Below, piece by piece: positions 57,627 through 64,000 of a stretch of DNA of 64,000 nucleotides. Numbering within the stretch: position 1 is the stretch's first letter; the number at the start of each line of letters is the position of its first letter. The position numbers and the translations under genes were made by a program. The notes below the pieces were generated by a model. The model was not told the DNA's origin. It ran no database searches and was given only the letters and a program-made list of their open reading frames with translations. This DNA comes from Gemmatimonadaceae bacterium (GTDB lineage: Bacteria; Gemmatimonadota; Gemmatimonadetes; Gemmatimonadales; Gemmatimonadaceae): NCBI GenBank assembly GCA_051859245.1, contig JBHYGA010000008.1, positions 47,179 to 111,178 on the forward strand, written 5' to 3'.

Positions 57627-60600
57627 ATGTCACTTTCGCGTCAGGCGATCGCACGTCCCGTCGCCACGATTGCTGCGGTACTTGGCGTGGTGCTGCTCGG
57701 CAGTGTCTCGCTGAGTCGCATGCCGGTGTCGCTGCTACCGGATGTCACGCTGCCCGTGTTGACCATTCGCACCAACTATCCAGGTGCGGCCGCAACGGAA
57801 GTCTCGCGGTTTGTTGGCGAACCCATTGAAGAAGCCATCGCGGCCACGCCGGGCTTGGTGGAGTTGCGATCGGTCAGTCGCAATGGCGAAGTCACCACAA
57901 CGGCGCGCTTTGGCTGGGGCACGGACATGCGCACCACGGTGCTCAATGTGCGTGAGCGCCTTGATGCCACGCGCAGCCGACTGCCCGAGCGTGCAGAACG
58001 TCCCACACTGCTCACCAGTGATCCCGGTGAACGGCCGATCGCGGTGCTCGGTATGCGGGCCACCAGCAGCGCGGAACGAGCGGCGCGTGACAGTTTGCAG
58101 GGCAGTGTCTCCGGTGGGCTTGGTGTGGGTGACCTGCGCGGACTTGCGCGCACCGCCGAAGATGTGTTCGCGCGACGTCTCGAGCAGATCGCCGGCGTGG
58201 CATCGGTTGCGGTGGTGGGTGCACCAGCCGACGAAATTCGCGTTGATGTGAATCCGGATCGATTGCGCGCGTTGTCACTCACACCGGAAGATGTCGCACA
58301 GGCCATTCGCGTTCAGAACTCCACCGGTGCCGGTGGTACGGTGCGTCGCGGACAGTTCCGGTTTTCGGTGCGTGCGCTGACGGAGTTTCGCGATATCGAT
58401 GAAATCCTGTCGGTACCGATTGGCGCACAGGGCAGTGGCATCACGCTACGCGATGTTGCGACGGCCTCAATCGCGCTAGCTGATCCGGTCACGATCACGC
58501 GCCTCGACGGTCGCGAGTCCATTGGTCTCGTGGTGTACAAAGACGCGGGCTCCAATACGGTGTCTGTCACCAACCGCATGATGGAAGCTGTGGAGTCGCT
58601 GGAAGCCGAGTTTCCGGCGGTGGAACTCACGGTGGTGGCGTCGCAGGCCGAGTTCGTGGTGGACGCGTTGTCTAATCTCGGTCAGGAAATTGTGGTGGGC
58701 GGCCTGATGTCGCTGCTCATGATTCTGGTGTTCCTGCGTGACTGGCGCGTGTCGATGGCGATTGGACTGATGGTGCCACTGTCGGTGATGGTGGCGCTGG
58801 TCACGTTGCAAACGCTCGGTGTGACGATCAACGTGCTCTCGCTGGGCGGACTCGCGCTTGGCACCGGTATTCTTGTTGATACTGCAATTGTTGTGGCGGA
58901 GGGTGTGGGACGACGGCGTGAAGAAGGTATGGGCTACATCGATGCGGCAATAGTGGGCACGGAAGAAGTGTCCGGACCACTGCTCGCGGGTACGCTCACC
59001 ACGATGCTGGTGTTTGGGCCGATCATTTTTGTGCAAGGATTGGCGGCTGCACTGTTCCGCGATCTGTCGCTGAGCGTGGTGATGACGGTTGGTGCGTCAC
59101 TGCTGCTGTCGCTCACCCTGATGCCGGTAATGATGGTGGGCAACCGGCGACGGGCCATGCGTTTGCAGGCCAATCCACAACCGAAAAAAGCGCCGGGCCC
59201 AACCGGCGCAAAGCTTGATGCCTTCGGTACGCGCATCGCAGATATGTACGAACACGGCATGTCATGGTCGCTGCGCAATCCGGTGCCAGTTTTTGCCGGT
59301 GGTTTGGCGTTGCTGGTGATCATGGTGGTGCTGTTCATTCGCTTGCCCAAGGAAGTGCTGCCGCGTGTTGACGAGGGCGTGCTGGTAGCCGAAGTGCAGT
59401 TGCCGGAAGGAACGGCGATCGAAGCCACCACCACCGCCATCGCCGACATTGAGCGCGCGTCCGCCGCGATGGGTGCGCAGGGAGTGTACGCACGTGTTGG
59501 TCGTGCAACTGATGAAGAAATTCTTTCGGGCGCAAATCCCGGATCGTCGGCCACGGCACAACTGATTGTGCCAGTACCCGACGGTGAGAGTGCGGCGCGT
59601 TTTGCAGAGGCACTCCGCGATTCCGTGCCGCAGCTGGTCGCGCAAGGTGCGCTCGCCATTGATCTGGCCGGCCAGTCGGAGTTTGGCTCGCTGATTGGCC
59701 GCGAAGGGCGCATTGTGCGCGTGGAAGTGTCGGGTGCATCGCTTGACGATTCGCAGCGATGGGCCGATTCCGTGCGCACCATGATGGGCGGCGTGCCCAC
59801 GCTTTCCGATGTGCGCGACGCCTTTGCGGCGACACAGCCGGTGATCGAAGTCTCGCTGTTGCGTTCGCGCATGGCCGAACGTGGCATCACGCCCGCACAA
59901 GTGGCGAGTGCGTTGCAGGGTGGACTGGGCGGTGTGGCGTCATCTGAACTGCGCGAAACAGATCGCCGTACACCAATTCGCGTTCGCTACGAAGGTGTGC
60001 GCAACGAGGAGTTGGAAACCGCGCTCAATACGAGCATTAACGGCGTGCCGGTGTCGCAGCTGGTTGAAGTGAAGGAAACGCGCGCGCCGCTTGAAGTGGT
60101 GCGTATTGGTCAGCGTCCCGTGTCCATTGTGGAAGGGCTCGTGGAAGAAGGGGGCACGGCGAAAGCCGCCACTGATGTGGCAAAGAACATGGAAGCACTC
60201 GGACTACCGGCCACGGTGAGCTGGCAGGTGGCGGGAGCAGACTCCGAACGCAAGCGTACCTCGGATGAGTTGGCGCTCGTTGCTGTGTTGGCCGTGCTGC
60301 TGGTGTTCCTCGTGCTCGCTGGCGAGTTCAGCTCGTTCACGATTCCGCTCGTGGTGATTACCACGGTACCGCTGGCAGCTGCCGGAGGCGTGATCTTCTT
60401 GTGGGCCACTGGGCAAAGCATCAACGCCGTGTCGCTCATCGGAATCGTGATCATGGTGGGTATGGCCGACAATGAAGCGGTCGTCAAACTCGACGCCATT
60501 CGGCGATTCCGCGAAATGGGTCACAGCGTGAACGAGTCGGTGTTGCTCGGTGGCCGACAGCGTTTGCGCGCCATTACCATGACGTCACTCACCACCATCA

Positions 60601-60851
60601 CCGGTGTACTGCCGCTCATGCTTGGCGTGGGCAGTGGTGGCGCGTTGTACCGTCCGCTTGCGGCGGCCGTGATTGGTGGATCAATCAGCGCACTGGTGGT
60701 GACGTTTTTCCTGTTGCCCACCGTGTACTCCGTTGTTGAGCGCAATCTTGAACGTCGTCGCAACGCGCAGGACGCTCGTGATGGCGGAAGTCGCGATGGT
60801 GAAGCGCGTGTTGCGCGTGATGTGGTACTCGCCCGAGGGGACGCGCTGTGA
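57627..60851 (+). CDS. RND efflux permease
   Basis: RPVAT, YPGA, INVLSLGGLALGTGILVD, RLRAITMT. Confidence 0.93.
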   Translation: MSLSRQAIARPVATIAAVLGVVLLGSVSLSRMPVSLLPDVTLPVLTIRTNYPGAAATEVSRFVGEPIEEAIAATPGLVELRSVSRNGEVTTTARFGWGTDMRTTVLNVRERLDATRSRLPERAERPTLLTSDPGERPIAVLGMRATSSAERAARDSLQGSVSGGLGVGDLRGLARTAEDVFARRLEQIAGVASVAVVGAPADEIRVDVNPDRLRALSLTPEDVAQAIRVQNSTGAGGTVRRGQFRFSVRALTEFRDIDEILSVPIGAQGSGITLRDVATASIALADPVTITRLDGRESIGLVVYKDAGSNTVSVTNRMMEAVESLEAEFPAVELTVVASQAEFVVDALSNLGQEIVVGGLMSLLMILVFLRDWRVSMAIGLMVPLSVMVALVTLQTLGVTINVLSLGGLALGTGILVDTAIVVAEGVGRRREEGMGYIDAAIVGTEEVSGPLLAGTLTTMLVFGPIIFVQGLAAALFRDLSLSVVMTVGASLLLSLTLMPVMMVGNRRRAMRLQANPQPKKAPGPTGAKLDAFGTRIADMYEHGMSWSLRNPVPVFAGGLALLVIMVVLFIRLPKEVLPRVDEGVLVAEVQLPEGTAIEATTTAIADIERASAAMGAQGVYARVGRATDEEILSGANPGSSATAQLIVPVPDGESAARFAEALRDSVPQLVAQGALAIDLAGQSEFGSLIGREGRIVRVEVSGASLDDSQRWADSVRTMMGGVPTLSDVRDAFAATQPVIEVSLLRSRMAERGITPAQVASALQGGLGGVASSELRETDRRTPIRVRYEGVRNEELETALNTSINGVPVSQLVEVKETRAPLEVVRIGQRPVSIVEGLVEEGGTAKAATDVAKNMEALGLPATVSWQVAGADSERKRTSDELALVAVLAVLLVFLVLAGEFSSFTIPLVVITTVPLAAAGGVIFLWATGQSINAVSLIGIVIMVGMADNEAVVKLDAIRRFREMGHSVNESVLLGGRQRLRAITMTSLTTITGVLPLMLGVGSGGALYRPLAAAVIGGSISALVVTFFLLPTVYSVVERNLERRRNAQDARDGGSRDGEARVARDVVLARGDAL

Positions 60852-63800
60852 TTGGTTTCGCCACGCGCCGACCGGCCGTTATCTGGGCCATGTGCGTTGC
60901 CATTCTGGTGGCGGGCGGCATCGCGTTTTCGCGCTTGCCGTTGGCATCGCGGACTACGGTAGAGCTGCCGCGGCTCACGGTGTCGGCCGGGTGGAATGGC
61001 GCGGCGGCGGAAGTTGTGGAGATGTACGTGACGTCGCCGATCGAATCGTTGGTGCAGGGCGTGCGCGGTGTACGTCGCACCACCAGTGAGTCGCGCGACA
61101 ACAGCATGAACATTACCGTGGAGCTCGATCCGGAAGCCGACGTGCAACTCGCGAGACTTGGCATTCTCGAGCGACTGGAACTGTTGCGTGGTGAGTTTCC
61201 GGCCGGTGTAACGCGACCGAGTGTCTCGAACTACACACCGGAGGGGTTGGAAGAGCCGGTGTTGTTGCAGGTGCAGGTCTCTGGTCCGTACACGCCGGGT
61301 GCGCTTGGCAAAATGCTTGAGGAACAGGCGTCGCCTCGGCTCGCCGCAGTACCTGGCGTGTCGGCTGTGTATTCGCGTGGCGGAAGTGATATCGGCGTGG
61401 CGTTGGCATACGATCCCGCGCGGCTTCGCCGGATCAATGTGTCGCCGGCGGCACTGTCGCAAGCGATCAATGGCGCGCGCGTTGTACAGGCGCTCGGTGA
61501 AGAAACGCGTGATGGTGTCACACGTTCGGTCACATTGCGTGATGAACCGCGCTCACTCGATGAAGTGGGTGCCCTGCCGATCAGTGCGCCGAACGATCGT
61601 GTGTTTCGCCTGAGCGAACTCTCCACGATTCGCGCCGAAGAAGATGCCGGCGGACGGTTTTTTCGGATTAACGGCGTTCCTGCTGTGGCGATCAGTTTGT
61701 ATCGGCATGCTGGTGCCGATGCCATCAAGACCGCGTTGGCGGCACGCGCGGAAGTGGCCGAGTTGCAGAAGATCGCGCCACCTGGCGTTCGGTATCGTGT
61801 GAGTCAGGATGCCAGCATCGATCTCGACAAAGAATTGAAAGATCTGATGAAGCGCGGAGCAATTGCGTTTGTCAGCGTATTGCTCGTGTTGGCGCTCATG
61901 TTGCAACGTGTTCGTGCGGTCGCACTCGTGATGTTCAGCACGGCGGTGGCCATTGCCGGTACGGCGCTGGGTTTGTACATGCTGGATGTGCCGGCGAACT
62001 TGCTCACGCTGGCTGGACTTGGCATGGGTGTTGGAATTCTGGTGCAAAACGCACTGGTCGTTGTAGACCGGATGCGCTCGGCGCCGAACACGGCCGAGGG
62101 GCGCGCGACTGCCGCATCACGCATCACGCCGGCGGTGATTGGTGCAACGCTTACCACGGCGGTGGTGCTCTTTCCGTTTCTGTATCTGCAAGGTGACACG
62201 CGCGCTGCGTTCGTGCCGTTTGCGGCTGCCTTCGCGCTGGCGCTCACGTGGAGTGTGATTACGGCGTTGCTGGTGGTGCCCGCGCTCGGCCGAGGTGGTG
62301 CGGGCGAGAAGGCGGTCACGTGGCCGCGCATGTCACGCGTGTTCAGAAAGATTGTGCGTGGGACGCTGCGCTGGCGCTGGGCCACGCTCACAACAAGTGT
62401 GGTGCTGTTGTCAGTGATGACGTGGGGTTTTGTGAAAAAGGTGCCGCGCTCGAGTTGGGGTGGCTGGGGCGAGCGTCGCACCACACTGGGGGTGAATCTC
62501 ACATTCCCGCGCGGCTCGGATCCGGAAACGCTCGACCGCGCGATGCGCGAGTTTGAATCGATTGTTGTTGGTCGTCCGGAAGTGGAGCAGGTGACCACGA
62601 CCGGCAACTTGCAGAGTGCGAACATGCAGGTGCTGTTCACGCGCGAAGGTGGCATGACGGCCGTGCCACTGGAGCTCGAAGAGCTGCTCACGCAGCGCGC
62701 TGTGCTCGTGGGTGGTGCAAACATCAGCGTACGCGGTGAAGGGCCGGGCTTTTACGCTGGTGGTGGCGGTGGCACATCGGTGTCGTTCCGAATTCGCGTG
62801 CTTGGATATTCGTATTCTGGCGTCACAGCGTTGGCCGAAGACTTGAAGAGTCGCCTGAGCAAGATTGCGCGAGTTCGCGACATTTCCATTACATCGGGTC
62901 AGGGGTGGGGGAACGAACGTGGTTACGCCGTCACGCTCGAGCCTGATCGCGATGCGCTCGCACGTTTTGGTGTGACGTCAACAGACTTTGCGGCTGCGGT
63001 GGCGCGTGAAGTTCGTGGACCGGTGGGTGGCCAGCTGCTGGAAATCGACGGCGACGAACTGCCGGTAACCGTGAAGTCCATTGGCGCGCGAGATCGCACA
63101 CTGGAGCAGTTGCGTGAAGCAATCATGCCCACGGAATCAGGTGCACCGGCCCGCCTGAGTGACCTCGCCTACGTGGATGCGCAGGAAGCGCTGAGCATTG
63201 TGACGCGTGAAGACCAGCAGTATATCCGGCAGGTGAACTACGACTTTCGTGGCCCACAGAAACTTGCGCAACGCACCCACGATGCGTTTCTGAAATCAGT
63301 GGCCGTTCCCGCCGGATACGATGTGAAAGACGCCGGCTCCATGTGGGGCTACAACGACGACAAGAGTGCGAAAGGGTTGTGGTTGGTGTTTGGCATCGGG
63401 CTCGCGTTGGTCGTACTCGCGGTCGCGCTGGTGTTTGATTCCGTTTGGGGCGCGGCCATGGTGTTTCTGTCGCTGCCACTCGCGCTCGCCGGTGTTGTGG
63501 CAGCGTTCTGGATCCAAAAGGCCGCGTTTGGTCGCGAAGCGGCGGTTGGTGTGATTCTTGTGGTGGGATTGGCCGTGAACCAGGCGATTCTGCTGGTTGA
63601 TGCGGCACTCATTCGTCGCCGACAGCGTGCGGCGACGGGTGGATCCAGCGCACTGCACGCCGGAGATATTCTGCGCGCCGCCAATGATCGCTCCGGCATG
63701 ATTGTGCTCGTCACGTTGAGTGCGCTGGCGAGTCTCGTGCCGCTGAGTGTGGGAACCAGCGCTACCACATTGTTCGGTGCGATCGCACTGGCAACGGCCG

Positions 63801-63931
63801 GCGGCACGATCATGGGAACGGTTGGCGCGTTGTTCCTCATGCCGGCGATGCTTGTTGGGCAGCGGTTGAGTAAGCGAACGAAGCGGCGGTTGTTCTCGAA
63901 GAAGCAGCCGAGGGAAGTGGTGGCGGTGTAG
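60848..63931 (+). CDS. Second, divergent RND permease
   Basis: TSPIES, NLLTLAGL, GLAVNQAILL; overlaps the previous stop. Confidence 0.88.
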   Translation: MIGFATRRPAVIWAMCVAILVAGGIAFSRLPLASRTTVELPRLTVSAGWNGAAAEVVEMYVTSPIESLVQGVRGVRRTTSESRDNSMNITVELDPEADVQLARLGILERLELLRGEFPAGVTRPSVSNYTPEGLEEPVLLQVQVSGPYTPGALGKMLEEQASPRLAAVPGVSAVYSRGGSDIGVALAYDPARLRRINVSPAALSQAINGARVVQALGEETRDGVTRSVTLRDEPRSLDEVGALPISAPNDRVFRLSELSTIRAEEDAGGRFFRINGVPAVAISLYRHAGADAIKTALAARAEVAELQKIAPPGVRYRVSQDASIDLDKELKDLMKRGAIAFVSVLLVLALMLQRVRAVALVMFSTAVAIAGTALGLYMLDVPANLLTLAGLGMGVGILVQNALVVVDRMRSAPNTAEGRATAASRITPAVIGATLTTAVVLFPFLYLQGDTRAAFVPFAAAFALALTWSVITALLVVPALGRGGAGEKAVTWPRMSRVFRKIVRGTLRWRWATLTTSVVLLSVMTWGFVKKVPRSSWGGWGERRTTLGVNLTFPRGSDPETLDRAMREFESIVVGRPEVEQVTTTGNLQSANMQVLFTREGGMTAVPLELEELLTQRAVLVGGANISVRGEGPGFYAGGGGGTSVSFRIRVLGYSYSGVTALAEDLKSRLSKIARVRDISITSGQGWGNERGYAVTLEPDRDALARFGVTSTDFAAAVAREVRGPVGGQLLEIDGDELPVTVKSIGARDRTLEQLREAIMPTESGAPARLSDLAYVDAQEALSIVTREDQQYIRQVNYDFRGPQKLAQRTHDAFLKSVAVPAGYDVKDAGSMWGYNDDKSAKGLWLVFGIGLALVVLAVALVFDSVWGAAMVFLSLPLALAGVVAAFWIQKAAFGREAAVGVILVVGLAVNQAILLVDAALIRRRQRAATGGSSALHAGDILRAANDRSGMIVLVTLSALASLVPLSVGTSATTLFGAIALATAGGTIMGTVGALFLMPAMLVGQRLSKRTKRRLFSKKQPREVVAV

Positions 63932-63945
63932 CAGTTGCAGTTCCC

Positions 63946-64000
63946 GATTCGGTCATTCGGCCCCTGTGAAGGAGCCCACGGCCATTCGGCCTTTCGGCCT
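63946..64000. repeat. REPIN/MITE-like element, family 1, copy C (left arm, truncated by window end)
   Basis: GATTCGGTCATTCGGCCC..GGAGCCCACGGCCATTCGGCCTTTCGGCCT matches the 46279 arm. Confidence 0.8.

Overview
GC-rich bacterial chromosome segment. Gene families and protein styles suggest Gemmatimonadota (inference, not searched). Most of it is housekeeping: ruvA/ruvC/yebC, tyrS, PBP1A, kbl-tdh, tldD/E, mutM, rlmI, thiE, mltG, ruvX, rho, tRNA-Arg(CCG), a sigma54 two-component operon and an RND efflux operon. Three accessory blocks stand out. (1) 52.4-56.2 kb: two AraC-type regulators, a 42-aa lipoprotein-type propeptide missed by the ORF track (54316-54444, ending DTMPWV), a cytoplasmic TPR protein and a small ORF. 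The peptide gene and the TPR operon are each preceded by the same tandem motif TTGCCCGTGG-N10-(T/A)TGCCCGTGG. This is a candidate RRNPP-like peptide-signalling circuit in a diderm and is the best lead. (2) 4.1-6.4 kb: a secreted beta-propeller, a secreted 6-Cys peptide with a G9 tract in its promoter spacer, and a DsbA-like oxidoreductase. (3) 16.4-18.6 kb: a plug-like gene split by a nonsense codon plus a beta-propeller lipoprotein. Two families of dispersed palindromic REP/MITE-like repeats and a repetitive histone-like protein are also present. All calls come from motif reading; no database searches were run.
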